Positions 13,360 to 26,121 of a stretch of DNA of 64,000 nucleotides are shown one piece after another. Source of the DNA: Centroscyllium fabricii (Eukaryota); the NCBI GenBank assembly GCA_051313645.2, contig JBNRSN020000017.1, forward strand, positions 14,446,001 to 14,510,000, read 5' to 3'. Both the position numbers and the translations under genes were made by a program. A model generated the notes under the pieces. The model did no database searches and had not been told where the DNA came from. It worked only from the letters and a program-made list of their open reading frames with translations. Each line of letters opens with the position of its first letter. Position 1 is the first letter of the stretch.

Positions 13360-13640
13360 GTTCCCTGTTGGTTCAGTGGGTAAACACCGAGTCATATAGA
13401 CTAGGAAGGTCCAAATTTGATTCCTAGTCTCTGCTGTAACTCGCCTCCGCACCCAGGCCAGGAAAGGTCAAATTAGCCACAGTAATCTCTCCTGATTGCT
13501 ACCCAGTGACTCCTGCTGGAAAGTGTGGGCATCAGGTGAGGACAATATCAGGCTTGAGTTAAATAGCCATCTGACATATGAAGATTGGCAACTGGGATGA
13601 TATCCAGAGGGCCATGGCACTGTACCAAAGCATGAAAAAG
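13360..13640 (+). mobile_element. Old tRNA-headed SINE-like repeat (related decayed copies ~9310-9500 -, ~37840-38210 -, ~46955-47270 +, ~58985-59290 +)
   Basis: A/B-box-like head and shared motifs (CCTGAT...CCAGTGAC..CTGCT; ATGAA..ATGGC) among the copies. Confidence 0.5.
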
Positions 13641-14094
13641 AGGAGAAAAATTTTCGAGGGGTGAATGGAAAGCAGCATTAGAACCATGTTGGGATCTGTT
13701 TGATGCCAAGCTCTTTTTGTCATTTCCTGGTGGTTTAAGCAGGAAGAGATTGGAGAGAGAACGGCTACTGTCCTCGTTTACAGTACTATTGCATTGTAAA
13801 GAATAAACATTCAAACAAAAATTGTTTTTGGTTAACAATTTAAGCACTTAAGTGCTGTATTATCTTCAAATAGGAAATTATAATGAGAAAACTGGAATTC
13901 AGTTTGACCAATTTATTTTTGGGATGCCTGCAACACCATGTTCATAACGAGAGTGGGTGACCCATTTCAGTGGTTGATCCTATTGTCCAGTGAGGTTGAT
14001 GACCATTCAGTCTAGCTGGTTGGGAAGGGAGGTGTGTACGTTGCTTTTGATGTCTAAGATACCAATTTGTGTTGCTTCTTTTCTACTTCCTTAG

Positions 14095-14295
14095 AAGATA
14101 ATGTTGAGAATTCTACTGATGCTACTACCACTGCCATGAAAACCACGCCACCATCGCTATCTGCTGATGATAGTAACAGCAATGTGGATTTGTCCAATGA
14201 GACATCCACTCACGATGCCAGTTTCAAGATAGCTGAGGAGTTAGAGAATATGGAGGGGTCCTCACAGTCTTCAGGGAATGGTCAGGAAGACACAG
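14095..14295 (+). CDS. BPTF: BPTF internal coding exon (EDNVENSTDATTT...GQEDT), phase 1-1, 201 bp
   Basis: Polypyrimidine tract then ttag|AA; CAG|gtgaac donor. Resembles the mammalian NTSATTT...KAADDPEN segment. Confidence 0.78.
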
Positions 14296-15627
14296 GTGAA
14301 CTTTAATTATTTCCTTCAAAAATGCTACCTTGCAAATACATCATGTAATTTGAGTTTAAGTGCATCTCGAAAACACAGCGCTTTTGTCCGGACTGGTGCT
14401 GGTCAAGATTTTACTTGCTAATTCAACTCCAGCCCCAAAAATTGGTGTGGACAAAACTCTCATGATCTTTTGAACGTTATGTTTAATTTTGCATTAAATA
14501 ACATGAACCCTTTCTGATTTCTGTTCAGCTGATTGTAGTTATGGTTTTAATTTCTCATGTTACAGGGTGTGGAAGAAGATGGGCTGTCTGTTAAGAGTCA
14601 ACTCTCCATGAGTAATGCAAGGATAGTTTATGGGTGGCATGGCAGCATAGTGTCCCGGCACACCATCACACGGTGCCGTACCACTGATTACAGTCGTATC
14701 CAAGCAGAGGCAAGCATCTCCCCACAGCCAGGGATAGGAATGGGAGAGAGAAAGTACCTGCGAGCAGCCAAATTCACAAGTAGCATGAGAGGAGTTTGAG
14801 ATGCAGTTGCCTGCCCAAAAGAACGCAGGAAATGCTGATTTGATAAGCCGGGGCTGAGAGAAATTTAGAGGATCATATAGCCTCTCTCCTGAAACCACCC
14901 CCAAAAATATACCTCCCCCCCCCCCCCCCCCCCCCTTTCCCCACCCAGTTTACTTTTTTGGGTCCTTTTCTGATTAGGATCTACGTATACGGGCAATTGT
15001 GGACAAAAACCTACATCCTACCACCCTGTGCTTTGATACACTGACACACTATGTTGTTGGAAGTATTTCCAAAGATTTCATAAATGATCCCCTTCCCCTT
15101 GGTACTTTTCCTGGGTGTGTAATCCTAAATATCTGAGGTATTGTAACTAAATCTATCAAGTTTGTTTAAATAGAAGATAAGTACCTGGACTACTGTAAAA
15201 CTATAAAACTCCATGACCTAATTCTTAACCATATTAAAGCCATGCCCCTCGGAGTGATTCTTTTCTATTGGTCTGATTTGAAAGGGGCAGTGTAGTAAAT
15301 TTTACATGGATAACTCTTTCAGTTTCCAATAATATGTTGCATCTCCCTATGGTCAGTTTGCAAATATTTGCTAAAACTTTTTTAAAAAATCAAAGTGTTA
15401 AATATCTCCCACAGTATATTAAGGATTAATCAGTTGGTTTGCTGCAATTTCTCTAGCTCTCTTCAGTGAGCCACTTGATGTTAAAACTATATTTAAAACC
15501 TATTTTCATTTGTGAACCATTGTTTATCTAAATGTTCCTATTGTGAAACTGTAGTTGCTTATTCACCCCACTCCTGGAAAAAATAGACCATATGATTAAT
15601 GTTGCATTTAAAAGAACAGCTGATATA

Positions 15628-16165
15628 CAGGAAACTCTTTGGTATCCGGCACCGATGGGACCAGGATGGTGCCGGGTGATTAAAAATTCCAGATAACAAA
15701 GAAGGGACATGGCGTGACGGTGGTCACTCCGAGAGCTCCAATCACACGGCCGCAAGTGCCGGAGCCCCGATCACACGGCCACAGGTGCCGGAGCCCCGAT
15801 CACACGGCCACAGGTGCCGGAGCCCCGCTCACACGGCCGCAAGTGCCGGAGCCCCGGTCGCGCGACCGCAAGTGCCGGAGCCCCGGTCGCGCGGCCGCAA
15901 GTGCCGGAGCCCCGGTCGCGCAGCCGCAAGTGCCGGAGCCCCGGTCGCGCGGCCGCAAGTGCCGGAGCCCCGGTCGCGCGGCCGCAAGTGCCGGAGCCCC
16001 GGTCGCGCGACCGCAGGAGTCATGGTTGCACAGCAAAAGGTACGAGATCCCTGATTACACAGCAGCAAATATACAGTATATGGAAGCCTCAAAACCTACT
16101 CTTGAATTTTGCCAGTTATTAGAGAATTCCGAATAATTAGGTGCCGTTTAAACGAGAGTTTCCTG
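15628..16165. mobile_element. Tigger/pogo-like MITE containing a 29-bp minisatellite
   Basis: TIRs CAGGAAACTCT...AGAGTTTCCTG with TA flanks. Confidence 0.85.
15741..16015. repeat. 29-bp GC-rich minisatellite (GGCCGCAAGTGCCGGAGCCCCGGTCGCGC), ~9 copies
   Basis: Direct periodicity visible; explains several repetitive ORFs. Confidence 0.92.
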
Positions 16166-16505
16166 TAAGCCAGAAAGAAAGCTGAGGTTTGATTACATTT
16201 GGGAATTTCCACACCCGTTTTTGACCATATGGACTGCTTCAAGGGATCGCGTGTAATAGAGTTTCTGCATGTAACTAGTTTTCCCCACTTAAGAAATGGC
16301 ATGTACCAGCTCTCATTATTCCCTCTATTTGTACTGGTTTTCTTGTAATGGTATTTCTAAGTTAATTCACTGATTATTATTGTACCGACTTTTAAAAAAC
16401 TTCTGCAGACTTGCATCTGCTGGAAACTAGACCTAGGCTACCAAATTCATTTGAGAACCTGAAGAGACAGGCAATTCTAGTTAAAGATCACAAGATAATC
16501 TAGTA

Positions 16506-17190
16506 CAGGTTGAGCACCGTTAATCGGGCACGGGCGGGACCAGGCCCGTGCCGGGAAATGGAAAAAACCGGGAGAACGAGTTTGGACACTGCGCATGCGC
16601 GCCAGGCAAAATGGCCGCAGCATTGCGATTGGCTGGTGCGCGCATGCGCAGATCGGGCCCGGGTCCGCCGTCCCTCTCCATCGCCTTTGGGGTTGCTGCT
16701 GCCGCCGAGCAGGACTCAGGCTGACAGCTGTTGCTTAGTGACTGTCCGCCTCAGTCACTAAGCAACAGCTGTGTGACTATGATCATTTTGAAGTAATAAC
16801 AGAAAACGCTGGAGAAACTCAGCAGGCCAGGCAGCATCGGTGGAGAGAGAAGCAGAGTTAACGTTTCAGGTCGATGACCTTTCTTCAGATGCTGCCTGGC
16901 CTGCTGAGTTTCTCCAGAGATTTCTGTTGTTTCGGATCGAGAAAATAACGGGCGGCCGTATTGAATTATCTGCGCATGCGCTAACCGTCCAGTGACGCAT
17001 GCGCAGATCATTCAAAACACCCGCAGCTGTTTTGAATGATCTGCGCATGCGCTCGGCGCATGCGCAGATCATTCGCTGAAGCCACGATGGGGGCTGACAT
17101 TTTGCGCATGCGCAGTGCAGTCGGGGCAATTTGTGCCGGCAGACTGAAGCTGCCGGCTATTCGGGACACGGATTAACGGTGCTCAACCTG
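16506..17190. mobile_element. CAGGTTG-family MITE with nested Penelope-like fragment (~16795-16935)
   Basis: TIRs CAGGTTGAGCACCGTTAATC...GATTAACGGTGCTCAACCTG, TA flanks. Confidence 0.9.
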
Positions 17191-17649
17191 TATCTTCATA
17201 CAATAAACCAAAATGATTTCTATATATTTTAATGGTTTTCTTTTGCAGGCTAGGTCTAAAATGTGTATTTAGTTACATTTTCAAGGATAATAATAAACAA
17301 CTCTTTCAGCCCCCCTCCCCAAATCAATACATGCTGGCCAGAATAGTTCAGGGAAGCAATTATATGCAATTGCTGCTGTTGATGCTGCTTTTACTATAGA
17401 GTGATATTCCACATACTCTTGAATCATGCTCGAGACTGGAAGCTGTGCAAATTCTGAAAGATTAGTTTGAAAAAGTTCTCCTTGGATTGAAATGTCTTTC
17501 TTCAAACATCAAATGGACAAACTGTTGGTTGGCTGCCTGGCGTTGGTCTTGATGCACGAGTGGGAAATAATGTGTAACTATATCTAGGATTGTTCGGTGA
17601 GTGAGTTAAGCACTACCACTGATACCTCTGCAATGATTATTTGCTATAG

Positions 17650-17843
17650 AATCAGCAGAACTCGGCAGTGATAGAGCAAATGACGAAAATGGTGATTTTT
17701 CTGGAGCTGGTAAAGGATCATCTATCCCAACTAGGATGGTCACAAGGTTACGGAACCCTGACAGCAAGTTGAGCCAACTGAAGAGTGCCCAGGCTGCTGC
17801 TGCAGCTCACGAGGCAAACAAATCCTTTAAGGAAGGGAGAGAG
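17650..17843 (+). CDS. BPTF: BPTF coding exon (ESAELGSD...TRMVTRLRNPDSKLSQLKSAQAAAAAHEANKSFKEGRE)
   Basis: ctatag|AA acceptor, GAG|gtgaga donor. TRLRNPDSKLSQLKS is conserved in vertebrate BPTF. Confidence 0.93.
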
Positions 17844-18201
17844 GTGAGAGACAGGCTTGTACTCTTGCATTTGCATTATGTTGCATCCTATACAAAAATA
17901 AGATGTATGTTGATTATTTAAATTGCTTTTAAAACTCAGTGACCTTGAGCTTGTCTCTTAAAAGTTGACATTAAATTGATTCCAGGCATTGCTTCTTGGT
18001 GTGTCCCCCCCCCGCCCACATTTAAAATAACATAAACTGTGGAGCCAAAAAAGGCCTTTAAGTCCATCAACTTCACTGCATCCAAATTTCATGTATGTTT
18101 GTTCTCTCCTGCACTTCTCCCCCCCCCCCCCCATTGCTACAAGTTGATTCCTATTTCAAAGGAACTTTGCATTCTTTAACTCCCTGACAATGGGAAGTGA
18201 T

Positions 18202-18595
18202 GATGTGGAGGTGCCGGTGTTGGACTGGGGTGGACAAATGCAAGAAGTCACACAACACCAGATTATAGTCCAACAGTTTTATTTTAAATCACAAGCTTTC
18301 TGAGCTTTTGCCCCTTCGTCAGGCGAAAGAGAGACTGACTTAAAGAACGCACATATGCGACGAAGGGAGAAATCCGATATCTCCCACATCTCACCTTAGC
18401 AGAGATAGACAGAGCACACAAAGGTGTATTAACATATTTTAAGAGATTCATTTAAACATAGCATATATATAGAGAGAGAGAACAATGTGGTCTCTCCAGC
18501 TGTTTCACATCACACCTCAGCTGAGGGACATCGTTGATTGCTTTGATGTCCCTCAGCTGAGGTGTGATGTGAAACAGCTGGAGAGACCACATTGT

Positions 18596-18628
<33 letters not shown>

Positions 18629-18856
18629 GTATGCTATGTTTAAATGAATCTCTTAAAATATGTTAAGACGCCTTTGTGTGCTCTGTCTATCTCTGCTAAG
18701 GTGAGATGTGGGAGATATCAGATTTCTCCCTTCGTCGCATATGTGCGTTCTTTAAGTCAGTCTCTCTTTCGCCTGACGAAGGGGCAAAAGCTCCGAAAGC
18801 TTGTGATTTAAAATAAAACTGTTGGACTATAATCTGGTGTTGTGTGACTTCTTGCA
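18202..18856. mobile_element. Penelope-like element terminal repeat arranged as a long palindrome with a 37-nt unpaired leader
   Basis: Arms 18239-18532 and 18545-18856 are reverse complements around a 12-nt loop. A hammerhead motif is present in each arm. Degenerate flanking duplication (caatgggaagtga / cagtgggaaggga). Confidence 0.8.
18769..18806 (+). ncRNA. Minimal type I hammerhead ribozyme motif (Penelope-type)
   Basis: TCGC-CTGACGA-A-GGGGC AAAA GCTCC-GAAA-GCTT-GTGA: core CUGANGA/GAAA, stem II, stem I TCGC/GTGA, palindromic AAGCTT stem III. Confidence 0.7.
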
Positions 18857-19088
18857 GTGGGAAGGGAGGGAGGAATCCATATCTCCATAATCCTCAATCC
18901 CCTTCCTCAGTAGATAGAAGTTGTCAATTTAGCCTGAATGAGCTACCTTCCCTGGAAGTCTGTTGCACAAAAAATATTCAGTTTAGAACACGATGTTTAA
19001 AGATATTCTTATTGAACTAGCAACGGCACTGTGGATTTTGGGGAATGTTTTGATTTTAAATGGTATATCGAGTCTATTTGCTTTTCAG

Positions 19089-19444
19089 ATCCTGGTGGTA
19101 AATTCACAAGGGGAAGTCTCTCGCCTGAGCGCGAGAAAAGATCTGGTGATGAAGGGAATTGTGAACAACTTGTTTAAGTTGGGTCAAGAGGGAAAGTATC
19201 GTGTCTACCAAAACCAATACAGCACCAGCACCTTGGCCCTCAACAAGCACCAGCACCGAGAAGATCACGACAAACGACGACACCTTTCGCACAAGTTCTG
19301 CATGACCCCTGCGGGCGAGTTCAAATGGAACGGTGCTGTGCACGGCTCAAAAGTGCTGACAATCTCTACTTTAAGACTGACCATTATCCAGCTGGAGAAT
19401 AACATCCCATCCTCATTCCTGCACCCTAACTGGGCTTCACACAG
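19089..19444 (+). CDS. BPTF: BPTF coding exon (ILVVNSQGEVSRLS...FKLGQEGKYRVY...LHPNWASHR)
   Basis: ttttcag|ATC acceptor, AG|gtgaat donor. Near-identical to the conserved BPTF/NURF301 block. Confidence 0.97.
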
Positions 19445-19931
19445 GTGAATGGAATTAGTTTCTTTGTGTGTTTATAGATTAATCACATTGAAATGCAATT
19501 TATACTTTCTTCAGTGCTGCCATAATTTTCTTTTCATTCTGAAAGGAGACGGTGAACACTGAGCCCATTTCAATCAGAAGACAACAACAGCATTCCAGGA
19601 GGGAAAAACTATTTTAGAACGAGCCAGTTAATGTCATGAGCATTGTGCAGGCTGTGGTTAGGGCACCATCAGCAACGTTATACGGCGGGTGTCAAATATG
19701 TGATATAGCACCAACATATAAAGTGTAGTAAGATGGGGTATTGGACTTGCAAAACTATTTAGTCAAGTGTAATGAATGAGGCAGCACAATATCCACTGTT
19801 CAATACTTGAAACTGCGTCCCTCTCCTTTGTAAAACATATGTATGTAAAATGGCTTTCAATCCCTTTCTTGTCTGAAAGAAAATTGAGATATGTGGTTTC
19901 ACTGGGGCCGTCTGCCCAAACAGAAGAGGAT

Positions 19932-20770
19932 AAGAACACAAAAACATAAGAAATAGGAGCAGGCCCTGGAGCCTGCTCCACCATTCAACAAGATCATGGC
20001 TGATCTGATCCTAACCTCAATTGTACTTTTACTCTCCATCCCACCCGAACCCATGTGATCTCCTGGGAGAGGCGAAAAAACAGATGAAAAAACCCAGTGG
20101 CCAATTTGGGAGAAAAAATCTGTGAAATTCCTCTCCGACCCATCTAGGCGATCGAAAACTGGTCCAGGAGATCACATGGCCGATCTGAACCTAGCCTCAC
20201 GTCCACTTACCTGCCCGCTCACCATAACCCCTAATTCCCTTTACTTCCAGGAAACTGCCTATCTCTGTTTTAAATGTATTCAATGTAGTAGCTTCCACAG
20301 CTCTCTGGGGCAGCAAATTCCACAGCCCCACCACCCTCTGAGTGAAGAAGTTTCTCCTCATCTCAGTTTTGAAATGGCAGCCCCTTATTTTAAGATTATG
20401 CCCTCGAGTCCTAGTTTCACCCACCATTGGAAACATCCTCACCGCATCCACCCGATCAAGCCCTCTCGCAATCTTATATGTTTCAATAAGACCGCCTCTC
20501 ATTCTCCTGAACTCCAATGAGTAGAGGCCCAATCTACTCAACCTCTCGTCATATGTTAGCCCCCTCATCCCCGGAATTAACCTAGTGAACCTTCTTTGCA
20601 CTGCCTCGAGAGCAAGTATGTCCTTTCTTAAATAGGGATACCAGAACTGCACGCAGTATTCCAGGTGTGGTCTCACCAATACCCTGTACAACTGCAGCAA
20701 GACCTCCCTGTTTTTATACTCCATCCCCTTAGCAATAAAAGCCAACATGCCGTTGGCCTTCCTGATCATG
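19932..20770 (-). mobile_element. CR1 LINE 3' end, young (intact 198-aa ORF piece), with structured 3'UTR cassette
   Basis: ORF 20197..20793 KANGMLAFIAKG...[11 protein letters not shown]...GIRGYGERAGKW; tail (TTCTTATG)n. Confidence 0.93.
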
Positions 20771-20983
20771 ATGGGGATAGGGAGTTCCTTCACTGATCAT
20801 CTTTTGACCAGAGGAAGGTTAGGCATAGGCGCATCTGTACAGATATTCAGAGGCACTTGGATGTATTTTCAGGGAGAGGAGTAGCAATAATGAACAGGCG
20901 AGTACCTGTGTTTCAAACCTGCCCCATGATTGACAGCACATCGTGAATGTGTTCTTGTTAATAAACAGTCAGTCTTTCATGTT

Positions 20984-21212
20984 TGTGGTAAACCACTGTT
21001 TGTATATAGTTGCCTCTTGCCTGTGTGTATACATGCCCGGGCATGCCTGAAGCTGATTCCGCCCCCAGCCTACCTGATGTAGGCCCAAGCTCTGGGAGCC
21101 TGGCTCAGCACAAGGAGTCGCCAGTCAGTCTAAGGATGTTCCAGGGTTCTTAGTGAATAAAAGCCTCAGTTGTATTCTCAACCTCGTCTCGAGTATAATT
21201 GATCGCGCATCA
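20984..21212 (+). mobile_element. Solo LTR, 229 bp
   Basis: TG...CA ends, AATAAA signal, 5-bp TSD ATGTT on both sides; closely similar to 24405..24633. Confidence 0.88.
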
Positions 21213-21794
21213 ATGTTTCAGTATCTCGATGAACAAATTACATTTCAAATTGAGTGTTCATAAATTCAGATTGGGAGTAGATGTAAAATGATGAGGTAAT
21301 GCACAAGTTTTGCTGAAATGTTTATCTGTTTATACATGTCTCATTTTTGATAAGCGTTTGGATTTACGGTCAGTTGGGTTGGAATTTTATTTTTGCTCTT
21401 CTAGTGTTTTTTTAAAGATAAAAATGGTATTAAAATTCCAATCTGAATAAGTGCAAAAAGTACAGTTTAAAATTTCTGTCCATTTATATCTCTGTTTCTG
21501 AGCATTTTATGAATGTCGTGGAGCTGAACGTAATCTTTTTTGAGTCTGGGAAACATTATCAAACTTTACAGGGAAATCAATTATGCCTGACTACTTTTTC
21601 TTGCCAACCACTTGTTTTCTTGGTCTCCTTTGTTTTCTATAACACGACCCCCCGACTCCCCACTCCATCCCCAGTTTTTGCTACTTCACCTTTGAGTATA
21701 AGCTGTCTCATTTCATTTAATACTGGTCCTAACCACTCTCATTTCCCCATCACTTCATCGCCACAGAACTGCCTCTTTTGCCTTTTGGGGATAG

Positions 21795-24700
21795 ATATCG
21801 TAGAATAGTGCAGCACAGAAGGAGGCCATTTGGCCCATCGAGTCTGCACCAGCTCTTTCGAACAGCAATCCAGTTTGTCCCACTCCCTGGCTCTTTCCCC
21901 GTATCCCTGCAATTTTTTTCTGCTTCAAGTATTTATCAATTTCCTTTTGAAAGCTACTATTGAATCTGTATCCACCACCCTGTCAGGCAGTGCATTCCGA
22001 ATCGTAACCACCTGTTGCGTGAAAAAGTTTTTCCTCATCTCGCCTCTGGTTCTTTTGCCAATCACCTTAAATCTGTGCCCTCTGGTTATCGACCCTTCAG
22101 CCAATGGAAACAGTTTCTCTTTATTTACTCTGTCTGAACACTTCATGCTTTTAAACACCTCCATCAAATCTTCTCTTAGCCTTCTCTGCTCTAAGGGCAA
22201 CAACACCAGCCTTTTCAGTCTATCCACGTAACTGTAATCCTTCATCCCTGGAAGCACTCTAGTAAATCTCCTCTGTACCCTCTCCAAAGCCTTCACCTCC
22301 TTCCTAAAGTGTGGTGCCCAGAATTGGACACAACACTCCAGCTGGGACCGAACCAGTGTTTTATATGGGTTTAGCATAACTTCTTGGTTTTTGTATTTTA
22401 TGTCTCTATAAAGCTCAGGATCTGATCTGCTTTAACTTCTTTGTTAATCTGTCCTGCCAACTTCAAATATTTATGCACAAACACCCCCAGGTATCTCTCT
22501 TTGCACCACCATTAAAATTGTACCATTTTAGCTTGTATTGTCTATCCTCATTCTTCCTGCCAAAATGTATCACCTCTCTTTTCTGCATTAAATTTCATCT
22601 ACCATATGTCTGCTCATTCCACCAGCCTGTCTATGTCCTCTTGAAATCTATTACTATCTTCCTCACTGTTTACTACACTTCCACATTTCATGTTGTCTGC
22701 AAACTTCATAATTCTGCCCTGTGCGTCCAAGTCATTAATGTACATCAAAAACAGCAATTGTCCTAGTACTGAACCCTGGGGGAACACCAATGTATACGTC
22801 CCTCCAGTCCGAAAACAGTCATCCACCACAACTCTGTTTCCTATTCCTTAGCCAATGTTGCATCCTTGCTGCTACTGTTCCTTTTATCCCATGGGCCTTC
22901 AGATTTGCTAACAAGCCTATTATGTGGTCCTATATCAAACACCTTTTTGAAAGTCCATACACACAATATCAGCTGCACTGCCCTCATTCACCCTCTCTGT
23001 TAGCTCATCAAAAAACTTAAGTTAGTCAAACACAATTTGCCCTTAACAAATCCATGCAGGCTCTCCTTTATAAGTCCATACTTGTCCAAGTGGCTGTTCA
23101 GTTTCTCCCAGATTATTCTTTCTAAAAGCTTCCCCACCATTAAACTTTAAACTGACTGGCCTGTAATTGCCATCTTTTTCCTTCTCCCCTTTTCCCTCAG
23201 CAAACGAGGATGCATCCCATCCTGACCGGGTGACTTATCCACAATTACTGCCAGCCTTTCTAATACCTCCTCTTTATCTATTTTTATCTCATCCAGTATC
23301 AGCCCTACTGTTTCTTTGACAACCCTTTTACTGTTAATATGCCTATGGAAGACCTTTTGGATTCCCTTTTATGTTAGCTGCCAATCTATTCTCGTACTGT
23401 CTCTTAACCCCTATTATTTCCTTTTTCACTTCTACTTTTTATATTCAGCCTCATTCTCTCTTGTATTATTCAGCTGACATCTGTTATACACACCCTCTTT
23501 CTGCTTCACCCTACTCTCTAACTCTTCTGTCATCCAGGGAGCTCTGGCTTTGGATTGGATTGGATTCGCTTTATTGTCATTGCACAGTACAAGTAAAATG
23601 CAATGAAATTAGGTGTGTCCAACCAGAGTGCAAACAGCAGTTATATGCATATATATAACAATATACAGTAAAAGAGTATATACAATAAGTGCAGTAGGTT
23701 AAAATGCCGTTAAAAATACACTATATAAAAGTTATATTCGCTATGGTCTTATGTACAAACAGGTGTTCCTCTTGTGGGAATGTACCTAGACTGCACCTGA
23801 ACCATCTCCCCTTTAGAGGCCGCCCATTACTCCATTACATTTCTGCCTGCCTGTCTTTGCCTCCAATTTACCTGGACCAGAGCTCTCATCAATTTGCTGA
23901 GATTAGCCCTCCTTCAGTTGGGTACTTTTTTCCTGAAGTACTCCTTGTCCTTCTCCGTAATGAATCTGAACTTTATACTATGATCACTATTTCTGTGATG
24001 CTCCACTGTGACAATCTCCACTTTACCCACTTCATTCCCCAGGACTAGATCCAGCAACGCCTCCTACTTCGTTGGGCAGGAAACGTACTGATCAAGACGG
24101 TTCTCCTGAACATACTACAGAAATTCCTCCCCCTCTCTGTCCTTAACACAATCACTGCCCCATTCAATGTTAGGTTACTTAAAGTCTCCCATAATCACTA
24201 CTCTGTAGTCCATGCACCTCTCAGTAATTTCCCTGCAAATCTGCTCCTCTATCTCTTTCACACTATTTGGTGGCCTATAAAATATAGCACAATAGCTCTT
24301 GTATTGTTTCTTAACTGCAGCCAAATAGATTCTGTCTTTGAGCCCTCAGAGACATTCTTTCTTTCTAGCATTGTAATATTTTTCTTAATCAAAATGGATA
24401 CCCCTGTAGTGAACCACTGTTTGTACATAGTTGCCTCTTGCCTGTGTGTATACATGCCTGGGCATGCCTGAAGCTGACTCCGCCCCCAGCCTACCTGATA
24501 TAGGCCCAGACTCTGGGAGCCTGGCCCAGTACAAGGAGTTGCCAGTCAGCCTAAAGATGTTCCAGGGTTCTTAGTGAATAAAAGCCTCAGTTGTATTCTC
24601 AACTTCGTCTCGAGTATAATTGATCGTGCATCAACCCCTCTTCCTCTTTTTCCTTCCCTTTCCCTATCTCTCATGAATCCCCTTGTTTCCAGGAATATTA

Positions 24701-24900
24701 AGCATCCAATCCTCCCCTTTTTTTGAACCAGGTCTCTGTTATCGCTACGACATCATATTCCAACGTGGCTATTTGCGTCTGCAGCTCACCAACCTTATTA
24801 ACCACACTTTGTGCATTTACACGTATGCACTTTGTATTTCTATGATTCCACCTAATTCTGTATTATTTCTAACTCTATTTTCCCAGTCCTCTGCACCTTG
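21795..24900 (-). mobile_element. Decayed CR1 LINE (3' end to endonuclease region) with nested Rex1-like tail (~23570-23700) and solo LTR
   Basis: Minus-strand peptides YKTLVRSQLECCVQFWAPH, PQGSVLGQLLFLMYINDLD...KFADN and TESIWLQLRN. Confidence 0.82.
24405..24633 (+). mobile_element. Solo LTR, 229 bp
   Basis: TG...CA ends, 5-bp TSD ACCCC on both sides. Confidence 0.88.
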
Positions 24901-26121
24901 TTTCTATTTCTTAATACCTGTACAATGCAAATGAGTATATTTGCAAATTAATATGCAAATTTTTTTGAACACCATATTATGGTTGTGTCTGGGAGCAGGC
25001 TGCTTCGATGCTCAAGACATATGAATGAGGGAAGCACAAATAAAAATGAGATGAAGAAAGTGTTTATATTCCTTGAGCCGAATAAAGGAAATGCATTGTA
25101 TTTCACCTTTTAGGAAATGCGGCACGACTGCAGTTTAAAGGGATACCGTCTTAAGTGTTTGACAAGCTCCCCCAACAGGTCCTTTGGGTAAATGTACGGT
25201 TTGGAAAAGTTGTGAGCCATGTAGACGAAGTTCTATCAATTGTCTGTCCTGAGAGAGGTTGATTTGCTGAATTGTAGTGGAGGCACTATAATTGGCTTCA
25301 GTGTTGCAGGGCGGGTGAAATGTCAAGCAGGATATATTGATCATTGTCCAGGGTCGGGCACAGCTGTGATGCCTGCATGTTAAATAGCTTGCATGTGAAA
25401 AATGGCTGCTTGGGCAAGATACCAGTGGGATGGCAAAGCCCAGAGAATGTTATCTTGGGACATTCACTGCCTTCAGGAGGGGGGAGGGTTTGGCAAACAG
25501 TCCCATCATTTTTTTCTAAACATGCTTACCTGGTACATATTAATGATGAAGGCAGATCTACTGGTACCTCTCCCTCCCTGGTGGTGGTAAACTTCCCCCT
25601 TCAGTAGTTTGCTGCTTTCTTTTTTCTTGATCCTGCCCCCCCCCCCCCCCCCCCCCGCCCTTCATCTTCCTTTTCCTCTTCAGAAGCTGGTGACCTGTAT
25701 TGGGCACCAACGCCCCATGCTGCACCATCATGTGAGAGTGTGGGCAGTGACCATCAGCCACAACTGTCGCCTGATCCTCTCCTCACAAAATCCACATGCT
25801 GGATATGTTTCTCAGCAAAGGGTACTGAATTGTGAACTTGATATTTTTTTTCTCCTTGCTTACCCAGGTGTATTGAGGCTATTTGTGTTGCCAGTGGCAC
25901 TCCAGCTGAGATTGGCTGGAGCAGAGACTTTCCTCATCTGTATGACTCAATACCACACAGTGTATTCACCTACTGATCCACCAGGGAGCTTGGCATTTAA
26001 TTCTGACTGCAGATATGACCGGTTTCAGAGGCAGAACAAACTTGCATTGTTAATGTTATTGATGTATATGCAACACTTGTTAAATACTATAATCACCTTT
26101 TTTTTAAACCCATTGTTTTAG

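Noticed and set aside
20197-20793. Functional reverse transcriptase gene
   Set aside because: Only the C-terminal end of CR1 ORF2 from a 5'-truncated copy; the catalytic core is absent.
20984-24633. Full-length LTR retrotransposon bounded by two similar LTRs
   Set aside because: Each LTR has its own 5-bp TSD, and the interior is intron and CR1 sequence with no gag/pol.
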